Source: Caulobacteraceae bacterium | GTDB taxonomy: Bacteria > Pseudomonadota > Alphaproteobacteria > Caulobacterales > Caulobacteraceae | Assembly: GCA_036488935.1 (NCBI GenBank) | Contig: DASXGR010000047.1 | Coordinates: 150-64,149 of the forward strand | Length of the DNA: 64,000 nt | Reading direction: 5' to 3' | Part shown: positions 1 to 9,917 of the stretch, in pieces | How the letters are laid out: each line of letters opens with the position of its first letter | How positions within the stretch are numbered: the first letter of the stretch is position 1 | Position numbers and translations under genes: made by a program | Notes under the pieces: model-generated | Seen by the model: the letters and a program-made list of their open reading frames with translations, nothing else | Database searches by the model: none | What the model was told of the DNA's origin: nothing

Positions 1-311
1 ATACGGCGCGCCTCTATCGCCTCGCGTTGGAGAAGGGATCGCCGGGCGCGCGCTACCACGCCGTTGGCGACGAGGGCGTGCCGACGCGCGAAATCGCCGG
101 GGCCATCGGCCGCCACCTCGGACTTCCGGTGGAAAGCCTGCCGGCCGAGAAGGCCGGCGAGCATTTCGGCTTCCTCGGCATGTTCTTCGGCGTCGACGCG
201 CCGGCCACGGCGGCGCGCACGCGCGCCGAGCTGGGCTGGGCGCCTCGCGAGCCCGGCCTGCTCGCCGGCCTGGCTACCGACGCCTATTATCAGAGCGGCA
301 GCAAATACTAA
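1..311 (+). CDS. NAD-dependent epimerase/atypical SDR family oxidoreductase, C-terminal part (truncated by window start)
   Basis: Frame open from nt 3: ARLYRLALEKGSPGARYHAVGDEGVPTREIA...ELGWAP, typical C-terminus of extended SDR/epimerase proteins. Confidence 0.75.
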   Translation, partial: TARLYRLALEKGSPGARYHAVGDEGVPTREIAGAIGRHLGLPVESLPAEKAGEHFGFLGMFFGVDAPATAARTRAELGWAPREPGLLAGLATDAYYQSGSKY

Positions 312-334
312 GGAGGGGGACGGCCGCCGGTGAT

Positions 335-1693
335 TCAGCTCGCGGTCGAACGCGGCGAGGGCTGGGTGATCTCTGCTCCGCCATAATGGAGGCCGATGCG
401 GCCGTTGCGGATGAAATCGGCCATCATCTGAAAATAGCCCGGCGCGTAGCGGGTCGAGATCCGTTCGCCCTTCGCGTTCAACTCATACTCGGTCATGCCG
501 TGTTCGGCGCCGGGATAGATGGCGAGCGTGTAGTCTTTGCCGTCCGTGATCAGCGACTTGATGCGCCTGGCGGTTTCCGGACTCGGCGCGTCGAGGTCGT
601 CGCTACCCAGGACCCACAGTTGCGGCGTCGTTGAACGTCTAAGCGCCGGCATCGGCTCATACCGGAACGGTACGTGGAAATCGAACTGCTTCGCGGCCTC
701 GTCCATCTGCGCCTTGTCGAGCGGCAGAATGAAGAATAGGAAATCACCATGAACATACTTGTACCAGGGTTCATTCTTGTACTTCTGCCGTAGCGCGTCG
801 AACTCGGCATAGCCTTCTTTTCCGTCTGTCTCGACAACCCGGTCGCCTGCGCGAGTCAGCTCCAGAGCCTTGGGCGTGTCGGCTTCGTGACCGCTGAAAT
901 GCATATCCAGCGCGACGCTCTGCTGATCTTCTTCCAGTATCGTGACGGCAAGGCCGAAGCTGACGACTGTAAAATCCACTCGCGCCTTTTCCGCCGCGAG
1001 CGGCGCCACCCATCCCCCCTCACTGCCGCCCTGATAACCGATGCGACCCACACGCGCGCCGCCAACCTTGCGCGCCTGTTCCATGGCGACCACCGCATCG
1101 TCGGCCAGGGTTTCGAAGTCCTGGGTATAGACGCCCCCGGACGCCCCGGTCCCGCGCTTGTCATAGACGAACGCGCCAATGCCCTGGGCCGGAAACATTC
1201 GTTGGAGGGAGTAAGAATCCAGCGCGGAATCGTGCTCCGAGCCGTGGATCAAGACAACCACGGGGACCTTGCCGCTGCCCTTGGGCATGGTGAGGCGGCC
1301 CACCAGTTTTACGCCATTACTGACGAAGGTCGTGTCGGTGACGTCGAATGCGATGCGATGGCCTGTCTCGGCGCCGAACCTCACCTCGCCCTTCTCGCAA
1401 TCGGAAAAGGAAACGGACCTCCCGTCCGGCCGACCGGTCCAGCCAAACGTACTGTTCCACGCGCCGTCGGCCTGTTTATGAAGCTGCCCGGTTTCCCCGG
1501 ATAGCAATCGCCATCGCAGGGTGTCTCCCTCCGAGGGCGCGATATCCACCACCGAGCCATTCGCCAGTCGATACGAGCCCACATGGCAGTTCGTCGTCGA
1601 ATCTGCGAACGCCGGCGCGGAGGACATCAGGCCGAAGCCAAAAATCGCCGCCCTGAGCCCCGCGGACATGCGGCGCGAGCAAGCCCTTGCCAC
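335..1693 (-). CDS. Secreted alpha/beta hydrolase (S9/S33-like peptidase/esterase)
   Basis: N-terminal signal-like segment (AAIFGFGLMSSAPAFA), HGS oxyanion motif, YDKRG, nucleophile motif GGSEGG, candidate Asp (DDLD) and His (AEHG); start may be ATG at 1669. Confidence 0.8.
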   Translation of the reverse strand: MARACSRRMSAGLRAAIFGFGLMSSAPAFADSTTNCHVGSYRLANGSVVDIAPSEGDTLRWRLLSGETGQLHKQADGAWNSTFGWTGRPDGRSVSFSDCEKGEVRFGAETGHRIAFDVTDTTFVSNGVKLVGRLTMPKGSGKVPVVVLIHGSEHDSALDSYSLQRMFPAQGIGAFVYDKRGTGASGGVYTQDFETLADDAVVAMEQARKVGGARVGRIGYQGGSEGGWVAPLAAEKARVDFTVVSFGLAVTILEEDQQSVALDMHFSGHEADTPKALELTRAGDRVVETDGKEGYAEFDALRQKYKNEPWYKYVHGDFLFFILPLDKAQMDEAAKQFDFHVPFRYEPMPALRRSTTPQLWVLGSDDLDAPSPETARRIKSLITDGKDYTLAIYPGAEHGMTEYELNAKGERISTRYAPGYFQMMADFIRNGRIGLHYGGAEITQPSPRSTAS

Positions 1694-1817
1694 CTGACGG
1701 TCCTTTTCTGATCCCCAGTGGCGGCCACGCTCGCACTGGCGTGAGAGACAGTCCCGTTAAACGTTCTCCATTTTTCGTCTCGAGATCGCCGGGAACGGGA
1801 GCGCCCAACCGCCGCCG

Positions 1818-3776
1818 TCAGGGCAGCGCGAAGGCCACCACCTCGTCGCCTCTCTTCGTATCCGACTTTGCGTGCCCGCCGGCGGCGATCACCACGTACT
1901 GCCGACCCTTCCAGACATAGGTCATCGGCGTGGCCTGCCCTCCTGCGGGCAGGCGGCCGCGCCACAGCACCCGGCCGGTTCTTGCGTCCAGCGCGCGAAG
2001 AAAATTGTCCAAGGTCGCCCCGATGAACACGAGACCCGAAGCCGTCGCGATGGGCCCCCCGAAGTTCGGAACCCCGCTATTGTGCAGAACGAGTTGGCTT
2101 CCGGGCGCGAGGTCCATGGTGGTCCCCAGTGGCGTTTCCCAGAGGACCCTGCCGGTTCGCATGTCGACGGCGTGCAACTGCCCCCATGGAGGAGGATTGC
2201 ACGGCATGCCGATAGGCGAGCGCAGCACTTCGCGCCGGATGCCGAAGGGCGCGCCTGTCTGCGGAGAGATTTCCATATCCGGATCGGCGGTTTGCGCCGC
2301 CTTCACCCGGGCCGCCGGGATCAAGGTGATCAGGTGCAGGAGCGAGGTCGTGTTGAGATAGGCGACCTGCCGCCCTGGATCGAAGGCCAGCCCGCCCCAA
2401 TTCGCCCCGCCGCCGGTGAAAGGATACTCCAGCGTGCCCTGAAGGGACGGGGGCGTGTAAATGCCGTCGTGTCGCGCGGCCGCTATCTGGCGACGACATT
2501 TGGCGCGATCCCACGGGGTCAGCCCGAAGGCTTCGGCGGGGCTGATCGTGTTGGGCGCCAACGGCCGAGGCGCAGTCGGAAACGGTTGAGTAGGAGCCAG
2601 AGCTTCGCCGGGGGCGCCGCCCTGGGGAACCGGCCGCTCCTCAACCGGAATTACCGGGGCCCCCGTGTCGCGATTGAGCGTGAAAAGGAGGCCCTGCTTG
2701 GTCGGCTGGAGAACGGCGGCCTGAACGACGCCGTGGAAGGCGACCGTCGCGAGGGTGGGCTGGGCGGGATTGTCATAGTCCCAGACGTCGTGATGGACGG
2801 TCTTGAAGGCCCAGACCTTGCGGCCGGTCCTGATGTTGAGGGCGACGACCGAATCGGCGTCCCCGTCGTCGCCCTTCCGCAGACCGCCCCAGAAGTCCGG
2901 GCTCGGACTGGTGGTCGGCAGGAACACCAGGCCCCGCTGGGAATCGACCGACATCGGCGCCCACACATTGGCGGCGCCCGCGACGACCGAGTCCCCTGCG
3001 GCGGCGAGGGGATCGAAGCTCCAGAGAAGCTTGCCGGTCATGGCGTCGTAGGCGCGCACCGCGCCGCTCACTTCCTTCACCCGCTGGTTGTCGGCGAGCG
3101 ACGACCCGACCACGACGACGCCGGCGGCGACCACCGGCAGCGAGGTCAATTGCATTTCGCGCGACGCAGCTAGGCGCACGCCGGCGGCCACATCCACCAC
3201 ACCCGCCCGGCCGAAACCTGGGCAGGGTTTCCCGGTCGCTGCGTCCAGGGCGATCAGGCGACGATCGTTCGTCACCATGAAGGTGCGCTCGGCGCAGACA
3301 GCTCCGTCCGCGACGTGTGCCGCGCGCCAGTAGGCGACGCCGCGGCTGGCGAAGCCTTCCCCGTACCGGACGGTGGTGTCGATCTTCGGGTCGAATCGCC
3401 AGAGCTGGCGTCCGGTCCCCGGATCGAGCGCCGAAACCTCGTTGAACGGCGAGGAGACGAACAGACGCCCCCCGACCATGATCGGAGTGTTTTCGAACGC
3501 AGCCCGCTTTATCGCGGCCGGTTTCGTCGCGAGATCGTCCGTCGAATAGGTCCACGCGATCCGCAAGGTCTTGACGTTGCCCGGCGTGATCTGGCGAGCG
3601 GGCGAATAGCGCTGCCCGCCTTCGTCGCCCCCGTAGTACGGCCAATCGCGCGCGGGCTCGGCAGCGACCCTGCCTGGCGAGCCCTGCCCGCACGCGGTCA
3701 GACACAGCGTCGAGACGAGAGCCAGGGCCATCGCGCCGCGGTCGATCCACTCCGAGCCCGTCATTCGCCGCCGCAT
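1818..3776 (-). CDS. PQQ-dependent dehydrogenase (glucose/quinate/shikimate family), probable lipoprotein
   Basis: WPYYGGD..G.RYS start, repeated Trp-docking beta-propeller motifs, HHDVWDYD, GGANWGG, GQATPMTY..GRQYVVIAAGG; lipobox-like LCLTAC. Confidence 0.9.
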   Translation of the reverse strand: MRRRMTGSEWIDRGAMALALVSTLCLTACGQGSPGRVAAEPARDWPYYGGDEGGQRYSPARQITPGNVKTLRIAWTYSTDDLATKPAAIKRAAFENTPIMVGGRLFVSSPFNEVSALDPGTGRQLWRFDPKIDTTVRYGEGFASRGVAYWRAAHVADGAVCAERTFMVTNDRRLIALDAATGKPCPGFGRAGVVDVAAGVRLAASREMQLTSLPVVAAGVVVVGSSLADNQRVKEVSGAVRAYDAMTGKLLWSFDPLAAAGDSVVAGAANVWAPMSVDSQRGLVFLPTTSPSPDFWGGLRKGDDGDADSVVALNIRTGRKVWAFKTVHHDVWDYDNPAQPTLATVAFHGVVQAAVLQPTKQGLLFTLNRDTGAPVIPVEERPVPQGGAPGEALAPTQPFPTAPRPLAPNTISPAEAFGLTPWDRAKCRRQIAAARHDGIYTPPSLQGTLEYPFTGGGANWGGLAFDPGRQVAYLNTTSLLHLITLIPAARVKAAQTADPDMEISPQTGAPFGIRREVLRSPIGMPCNPPPWGQLHAVDMRTGRVLWETPLGTTMDLAPGSQLVLHNSGVPNFGGPIATASGLVFIGATLDNFLRALDARTGRVLWRGRLPAGGQATPMTYVWKGRQYVVIAAGGHAKSDTKRGDEVVAFALP

Positions 3777-3835
3777 CGCTTTTCCCCCTTCGGCCAGACT
3801 CCGCCCCGGAAAACTACTCGCTTCCGAATCGTTTT

Positions 3836-3960
3836 TGGTCCGCCGGCGTCCCGCCGGCTCTTCTTTCTTTCATCGACGTTTACTCTGAAGACGTCGCCAT
3901 CATCACGATGAAGGGGGCGGGGGCCAAGAAGAAAGAGGCCGGCGAGACGCCGGCGGACCA
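3836..3960. repeat. REPIN-like inverted repeat pair (two GC-rich REP-like hairpins in inverted orientation)
   Basis: TGGTCCGCCGGCGTCCCGCCGGCTCTTCTTTCTT (from 3836) is an imperfect reverse complement of AAGAAGAAAGAGGCCGGCGAGACGCCGGCGGACCA (3926-3960); inner TTCATCG/CGATGAA also pair. Confidence 0.8.
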
Positions 3961-4141
3961 GGGCACGGGGGTGCGCCGCAGGTTAATTCACAGGCTTTCT
4001 CGCCGGCTCCTCCAGGCGGGGAAGCCTCACCATAGCGCCAGTCTTGCGCGACGCCGCAAGACGTGTCGGTCCATAATCCCAGGCAGCAAGCACCGAGGCG
4101 TGTTCCATGCCTTTCCTGCTCAGCAAGCCCTGGAGACGCTT

Positions 4142-4516
4142 ATGAATTCTCGCATCCGATTCCAATTCCTCGCAGGACTTGGCGTCTTCGCCGCCGCGCT
4201 CGCCGCGGCGGTCCAAGCCCAGGCTCACGCTCACCTCATCGCCTCTGCGCCCGCGAAGGATACGACGGTCGCCTCGCCCACGCTCCTCACCCTGCATTTC
4301 AGCGAGAAGCTCGAAGCGAAGTTCTCTGGTCTGCAGCTAGACAAGTCGGACGGAACCCAGGTTCCGGTCACGACAGCCGTGCCAAAGGACGATCCCACGA
4401 CGATGGTCGCCAGGGTGGCCGGCCGGCTTCCTCCCGGCGTCTACACCGTCAAGTGGCATAACGTGTCGGCCGACACGCATCGCATGGAAGGCTCCTACAG
4501 CTTCACCGTACGCTAG
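4142..4516 (+). CDS. copC: Periplasmic copper-binding protein CopC
   Basis: Signal peptide ending AQA followed by HAHL; C-terminal WHNVSADTH..EGSYSFTV; start moved to ATG 4142. Confidence 0.92.
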   Translation: MNSRIRFQFLAGLGVFAAALAAAVQAQAHAHLIASAPAKDTTVASPTLLTLHFSEKLEAKFSGLQLDKSDGTQVPVTTAVPKDDPTTMVARVAGRLPPGVYTVKWHNVSADTHRMEGSYSFTVR

Positions 4517-4522
4517 ATCCGG

Positions 4523-5458
4523 ATGCCTGAAATCGCCCTCATCGGCTCGCGCCTCGTCCAATACGTGGCGGCGGTGGTCCTGTTCGGGTCGCCACTATTT
4601 TTTCTGTACGGCCTGCCGCGGCGAGGAAGCGAGGCCGCCGCGCGCCTCGGCTGGACGCGCCCTCTCCTCTGGGCGGCGAGCGCCGCGCTGTTCCTCGGCG
4701 CCATCATCGGACTGGCCGCTCAGACGGCGAACGTGACCGGAGACCCCACCGACGCCTTCAGGCCGAACGCATGGCTAAGCGTGGTGACCGGCGCCGACTT
4801 CGGGCCCGCGATGGCCGCACGGATCGTTCTGCCCGTCGCTGCTCTCGCGCTCGCGCGGCTGACCCGCCCCGGGGTTCCGCTCTGGGCCGTGTCCAGCCTG
4901 ATTGGCGGCGCCGCTCTGGCAAGCTTCGCCTGGAATGGCCACGGTGTTTCAAACGAAGGCATTGCCGGGCTCGTCCACCTTGGAGCCGACGTCATGCATC
5001 TACTCGCCGCAGGTGTTTGGCTGGGCGCGCTGGCCGCCCTCGCCATTATTCTGTGCACGTCGGGCGGTCGCTCGAATCCGGCGGCGCCTGAAGCGCTCCA
5101 CCGCGGGCTGAAAGGCTTCTCCGGCGTTGGCGCGGCGACTGTGGCGATTCTTCTCGCGACGGGGCTGCTGAACAGCTGGTTCCTTGTCGGGCCCAGCCAT
5201 ATCCGAGACCTGTTTGCCACGCCGTACGGGCTGCTGCTCTGCGCCAAGGTCGCCATCTTCGCCGCAATGCTTGGCTTCGCCGGGCTCAATCGATTCAGGC
5301 TGACTCCGACCCTTGGCCAGTCTTTGTCAGACAGCGGATCATTTGCCGTCGTCAGACGCCTGCGCCTCAGTATCGCGACTGAAACGGCTTGCGGAGCCGC
5401 CGTTCTCGCGCTCGTCGCCGCTCTGGGAACGCTCGAACCTCCCTCGGCGATGGGCTAG
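4523..5458 (+). CDS. copD: Copper resistance inner membrane protein CopD
   Basis: Multi-TM protein directly after copC; GH...HLGAD.MHLLAAGVWLG, LLCAK, NRFRL, LGTLEPP motifs. Confidence 0.9.
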   Translation: MPEIALIGSRLVQYVAAVVLFGSPLFFLYGLPRRGSEAAARLGWTRPLLWAASAALFLGAIIGLAAQTANVTGDPTDAFRPNAWLSVVTGADFGPAMAARIVLPVAALALARLTRPGVPLWAVSSLIGGAALASFAWNGHGVSNEGIAGLVHLGADVMHLLAAGVWLGALAALAIILCTSGGRSNPAAPEALHRGLKGFSGVGAATVAILLATGLLNSWFLVGPSHIRDLFATPYGLLLCAKVAIFAAMLGFAGLNRFRLTPTLGQSLSDSGSFAVVRRLRLSIATETACGAAVLALVAALGTLEPPSAMG

Positions 5459-5467
5459 CTCAATTCT

Positions 5468-5986
5468 CTAGTGTGTGGATGTGGCGCCCGCCGTCCCGCC
5501 CGCCGGGAAGCGGTCCATCAGCTTGGTGACGGCGGCGTCGATCTTCTTCAGGTTCGGCTTCTCGGGGTTGATGGTCTCCGCAGCCTGGCCGTGCCAGACG
5601 GCCTGCCGGGTCTTGGTGTCGAAGGCGTCCACCGACAGTCGGCCAGTGGTGGTCTGGTAGACGTCCATTTGTCGTCCCATCCAGCCCCAGCTCTGGAACT
5701 CGGTCTGCTGGTGGGCGCCGGCGCTGATGATCAGGCTCAGGTCGCCAGGTTCGGCATGGGCGTATCCCCTTTGCGCAAGGGAGGCTGCAATGACCGCCTG
5801 TATCCGCTGGAACTCCACCGGGTTCATGCCGCCGGGCGGCTCCTGGTTCACCCAGGTATAGGTCTTGTATCCGGCGAAGCTGACGCCCGGCGCCGACATG
5901 GTCGAGATGTCGGGGCCGCCTGCGTAGGCCAGGACGGCGATCGAAACGAAGCCGGCGGCGCACGTCAGAAAGAGTCTGCGGGGCAT
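5468..5986 (-). CDS. DUF4136-like exported protein
   Basis: SFAGYKTYTW, GRLSVDAFDTKTRQAVWHG.A, IDAAVTKLMDRFP pattern; GGAGG RBS before ATG 5986. Confidence 0.7.
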   Translation of the reverse strand: MPRRLFLTCAAGFVSIAVLAYAGGPDISTMSAPGVSFAGYKTYTWVNQEPPGGMNPVEFQRIQAVIAASLAQRGYAHAEPGDLSLIISAGAHQQTEFQSWGWMGRQMDVYQTTTGRLSVDAFDTKTRQAVWHGQAAETINPEKPNLKKIDAAVTKLMDRFPAGGTAGATSTH

Positions 5987-6125
5987 GGCTGGCCCTCCGG
6001 AACGATGGTCCGAAGAGGGTCGCCAAACACCCGGCGGAGCAAATCGGTCCAAACCCGAAAGCCCCTGCGCGCCAAACCCGCAGCTAGAGGATCGATCGAC
6101 GAGGCCTCCCAGGGCGGTAGGGTCT

Positions 6126-7037
6126 TCACCCTCCGCTCGTCATCTCCGAGCGTCGCGCCTCGATGAAACGCAGGAACACCTGCAGCGGCATGGGGGTGTG
6201 GCGTCGGCTGGGGTGGTAGAGGAAGACGCCGTTAATCGTGCGGGCGTAGTCCTCCAGCAGGGGAACCAGGCGACGGTCAGCGAGCCAAGGCGCGGCCATG
6301 ACCTCGGAGACATAGGTGACGCCCGCGCCGTCCACCGCCGGGCGCAGTAGGAGATCCGGGTCGTTGACGATCAGCGAGCCCTCGACGGCGATCTCGGTCT
6401 GCTCGCCGTCCTTCTCGAAAATCCACGGCAGCAGGGATCCGTCCCACGGGGAGCGGAAGCGGATGCAGTTGTGCCCGTGGAGGTCGCGCGGGGTCATCGG
6501 CCGGGCCCGGCCTGCCAGATAGGCTGGCGAGGCGACCGGCATCAGGCGGAACGCATCGGTGATCCGCAAGATGGTCATATCGCGCTCCACGCGATGGCCC
6601 GCCCGGATGCCGGCGTCGAAGCGGCCGCTGACGATGTCGCCGTTGGTGTCGTCGACCGAGATCTCCAGGCGGATATCGGGATATTCGGCGAGGAAGGGCT
6701 GGATCAGCGGCGCCAGCATCAGGTTGGCGTAGGGACGGGCGACAGCGAGACGCAGCGTCCCCATCGGCTTTGACCGGAACGAGTTCACGCTCTCCAGGAC
6801 ATTGTCGAGGCCTGCCAACACCGGGCGAACCTCGGTGAGGAGACGTTCGCCGGCTTCGGTCAGGGCCACACTGCGGGTCGTGCGGTTGAACAGACGCACC
6901 CCGAGCCTCTGCTCGAGGTTGCGGATGGTCTGGCTCATTGTGGGAAGTGCTATGCCCACCTGGGCGGCGGCGCGCGTGAAACTGCCATGCTCGGCGACCG
7001 CCGCGAAGGCATTGAGTTCGTTGAGCTGAATGGACAT
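6126..7037 (-). CDS. LysR-family transcriptional regulator (CrgA/DmlR-like)
   Basis: HGSFTRAAAQVG...SQTIRNLEQRLGVRLFNRTTRSVALTEAG HTH; GRFDAGIR; divergent from efflux operon. Confidence 0.95.
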   Translation of the reverse strand: MSIQLNELNAFAAVAEHGSFTRAAAQVGIALPTMSQTIRNLEQRLGVRLFNRTTRSVALTEAGERLLTEVRPVLAGLDNVLESVNSFRSKPMGTLRLAVARPYANLMLAPLIQPFLAEYPDIRLEISVDDTNGDIVSGRFDAGIRAGHRVERDMTILRITDAFRLMPVASPAYLAGRARPMTPRDLHGHNCIRFRSPWDGSLLPWIFEKDGEQTEIAVEGSLIVNDPDLLLRPAVDGAGVTYVSEVMAAPWLADRRLVPLLEDYARTINGVFLYHPSRRHTPMPLQVFLRFIEARRSEMTSGG

Positions 7038-7198
7038 TCTTCGTCCAAAACGAAGAAACTATTCGGAATATGTTGAATTAACAAAAGCCGCTGGATGGTG
7101 CAATGCAGCGTAGCGCTCAAAGGCTCTGCGCCCCCGTAATGGCGGGCGACGGCTCGGGGCTCCGCGCAAAGGCACGGCCCTTCTGAGCCGCAACACCA

Positions 7199-8383
7199 AT
7201 GGATCAGCGGCGAATGAATGGTTCGGCGAGCGTGAGCGAGGCTGCGAAGGACGTCACCCCGACGGGGAAGCGCGACAGCGCCGAAATCTCCCTTCCTCGT
7301 CCTGGCGTCGCGCGACGGGTCCGCGTCGTGCGCTGGCGTCGCTGGGCCCTGTTCCTGCTCCTGCCGATCGTGCTGATCGCCTCGGCGATCTGGTACGTGA
7401 ACGGCGGCCAGATCGTCTCGCTGGACGACGCCTATGTGAACACCCGCAAGGTCGGGATCTCCACCGACGTCACGGGGATCGTCGATCAGGTCAACGTCAC
7501 GGAGAACCAGCACGTCCAAGCCGGCCAGGTCCTCTTCAGCCTGCGCCTGCAGCCTTTCCAGATCGCCCACGAACGAACCGACGCCGAAATCGGAATGGTG
7601 CGCGACCAAGTGGAGGCGCTGCAGGCCAATTATCGCGACATGCAGTCCCAGATCCGGCAGGCGCAGGAGGACGCGGCCTATTACGACACCGAGGCGACCC
7701 GCCAGCAGAACCTGCTGAACGCGCACGTCTCATCCCAGGCGAATTTCGACCTGGCCCAGCGCAATCAGCAGACGGCCCATCAGAAGGTCGAGTCCCTGCG
7801 CCAGCAGCTGGCCTCCCTCTCCGCCCAGCTCGACGACCATCCCGGCGGTCCGGCCGAGTCCAACCCGCGCTACCACGAGGCCGTGGCCGCCCGGGACGAG
7901 GCCGCGCGGGAGCTGAACGACGCTGTTGTGCGGGCGCCCTTCTCCGGCATCGTCACCGGCGTCCCCTCGATCGCGCCGGGCAAGTCCCTGTCGACCGGGA
8001 CCACCGCCTTCTATCTGGTCGACACCGATCACGCCTGGGTGGACGCCAACCCCAAGGAGACCGAACTCACCTGGGTGCGGCAGGGGCAGCCTGCCCGCGT
8101 CCATGTGGACACCTATCCCAACGTGACCTGGAAGGGCGTGGTGGAGAGCATCAGCCCGGCGGCGGCGCAGGAGTTCTCCCTGCTGCCGGCGGAGAATACG
8201 AGCGGCAACTGGGTGAAGGTCGTGCAGCGCGTCCCGCTACGGGTCCGCATCGACACCGATCCGCGGCAGCCGCCGCTTCGCGCCGGCATGAGCGTCGAGG
8301 TGAAGGTCGACACCGGCCATCGGCGCGGCCTCCCGCGCTTCCTCACCGGTCTCTTCGGCGGCGGCCCGCAGACAAATCGATGA
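7199..8383 (+). CDS. emrA: EmrA/HlyD-family membrane fusion protein
   Basis: N-terminal TM, DDAYV, coiled-coil, FSLLPAENTSGNWVKVVQRVPLRV motif. Confidence 0.92.
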   Translation: MDQRRMNGSASVSEAAKDVTPTGKRDSAEISLPRPGVARRVRVVRWRRWALFLLLPIVLIASAIWYVNGGQIVSLDDAYVNTRKVGISTDVTGIVDQVNVTENQHVQAGQVLFSLRLQPFQIAHERTDAEIGMVRDQVEALQANYRDMQSQIRQAQEDAAYYDTEATRQQNLLNAHVSSQANFDLAQRNQQTAHQKVESLRQQLASLSAQLDDHPGGPAESNPRYHEAVAARDEAARELNDAVVRAPFSGIVTGVPSIAPGKSLSTGTTAFYLVDTDHAWVDANPKETELTWVRQGQPARVHVDTYPNVTWKGVVESISPAAAQEFSLLPAENTSGNWVKVVQRVPLRVRIDTDPRQPPLRAGMSVEVKVDTGHRRGLPRFLTGLFGGGPQTNR

Positions 8384-9915
8384 GCGAGCAGGCCCCCGCC
8401 GGCGGCGGCAACCGCGCCGCCATCACCATCTGCGTCATCCTGGCTACGGTGATGCAGGCGCTGGACACGACCATCGCCAACGTCGCCCTGCCCTACATGC
8501 AGGGCAGCGTGTCGGCGAGCCAGGACGAGATCGACTGGGTGCTGACGTCCTATATCGTCGCCGCGGCGATCATGACGCCTCCGGTTGGCTATCTGGCGGC
8601 CCGCTTCGGGCTCAAGCGGCTGCTGCTGGTCTCGATCTTGGGCTTCACCGTCGCCTCGATGATGTGCGGCATGGCCCAGTCGCTGGTCCAGATCGTGCTG
8701 TTCCGGGTCCTACAGGGGGTGTTCGGCGCGGCCTTGGTCCCGCTCTCCCAGACGACCCTGATGAACATCAACACCCGCGAGCGGCAGGGCTCGGCCATGG
8801 CGCTGTGGGGAATGGCGGTGATGGCGGGGCCGGTGCTGGGGCCGGTGCTCGGGGGCTGGCTTACCTCAGCCTACAGCTGGCGCTTCGTCTTTTACATCAA
8901 CCTGCCGATCGGCATCCTCGCCTTTCTGGGCGTGATGACCTTCCTCCCCGAAACGCCGCGCAACACGACCGCGAAGCTGGATGGTTTTGGTTTCGCCATG
9001 CTCAGCATCGCCATCGCCGCCTTTCAGATCGCGCTAGATCGAGGCGAGGAGATGGACTGGTTCGGGTCGAAGGAAATCATCATCGAGATGGTTGTCGCGG
9101 CTTCCGCATTCTATCTTTTCCTCGCGCACACCTTCACGACGAAGGCGCCCTTCATCCGACCCTCCCTGTTTCGCGATCGCAATTTCACCGCCGGCGTCAT
9201 TTTCGCCTTCGTCGTGGGCCTGACCTACTACGCCTCGCTGGCCCTGCAGCCGCCCTTCCTGCAGGAGCTCATGGGCTATCCGATCGTCACGGCGGGCCTG
9301 GTGATGGGTCCGCGGGGCATAGGGACCATGGGCGCCATGATGGTGGTGGGGCGTATGGTCGGACGCGTCGACACCCGCCTCCTGCTCGGCGCGGGCCTGA
9401 TCATCACAGGCTGGACCTTCTATCTGATGACCCACTGGACGCCGGCGGTCGCGACCTCGACCATCGTTGTCGTGGGGATCGTCCAGGGGATCGGCCTCGG
9501 CTTCCTGTTCGTACCGCTGAGCGTGGCGACCCTCTCGACCCTGTCGGCGACGGACCGCGCGGAGGGAGCGGGTATCTACAGCCTCTCGCGCAATATCGGC
9601 TCGAGCGTCGGCATCTCGGTGGTCAACAGCCTGCTGACCCAGAACACCCAGATCAACCACGCCTCGATCTCCAATTACGTGAAGCCCACGAACCCCGGCT
9701 TTGGCGTCCCGGACGTGGCCCGGCTTTGGGACCCGTTCACCGCCGCCGGGCGCGCCGCCCTGGACGCCGTGATTACCGGACAGGCGCAGATCATCGCCTA
9801 CATCGACGACTACAAGCTGCTGATGATCGCCACCCTGGCCGTGATCCCCCTGCTCATGGTGTTCAGCAAACCCTCCGCGCCCGCGGCCGCGGACCACAGC
9901 GTGGTGATGGAATAG
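8380..9915 (+). CDS. emrB: EmrB/QacA (DHA2) MFS efflux transporter
   Basis: MQALDTTIANVALP, WVLTSYIVA, LFRVLQG, GPVLGPVLGGWLT..YSWRFVFYINLPIG; ATGA overlap with emrA. Confidence 0.95.
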   Translation: MSEQAPAGGGNRAAITICVILATVMQALDTTIANVALPYMQGSVSASQDEIDWVLTSYIVAAAIMTPPVGYLAARFGLKRLLLVSILGFTVASMMCGMAQSLVQIVLFRVLQGVFGAALVPLSQTTLMNINTRERQGSAMALWGMAVMAGPVLGPVLGGWLTSAYSWRFVFYINLPIGILAFLGVMTFLPETPRNTTAKLDGFGFAMLSIAIAAFQIALDRGEEMDWFGSKEIIIEMVVAASAFYLFLAHTFTTKAPFIRPSLFRDRNFTAGVIFAFVVGLTYYASLALQPPFLQELMGYPIVTAGLVMGPRGIGTMGAMMVVGRMVGRVDTRLLLGAGLIITGWTFYLMTHWTPAVATSTIVVVGIVQGIGLGFLFVPLSVATLSTLSATDRAEGAGIYSLSRNIGSSVGISVVNSLLTQNTQINHASISNYVKPTNPGFGVPDVARLWDPFTAAGRAALDAVITGQAQIIAYIDDYKLLMIATLAVIPLLMVFSKPSAPAAADHSVVME

Positions 9916-9917
9916 AG

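Noticed and set aside
5920-5986. DUF4136 leader with an RRLFL Tat-like motif and Tyr where a lipobox Cys might be expected
   Set aside because: Single-residue argument without an alignment; too weak to claim a change of export route
8664-9917. 927-aa ORF implying a long N-terminal extension on the outer membrane factor
   Set aside because: The extension overlaps emrB in another frame and is Arg/Gly/Pro-rich shadow sequence; the lipoprotein signal begins at ATG 9918
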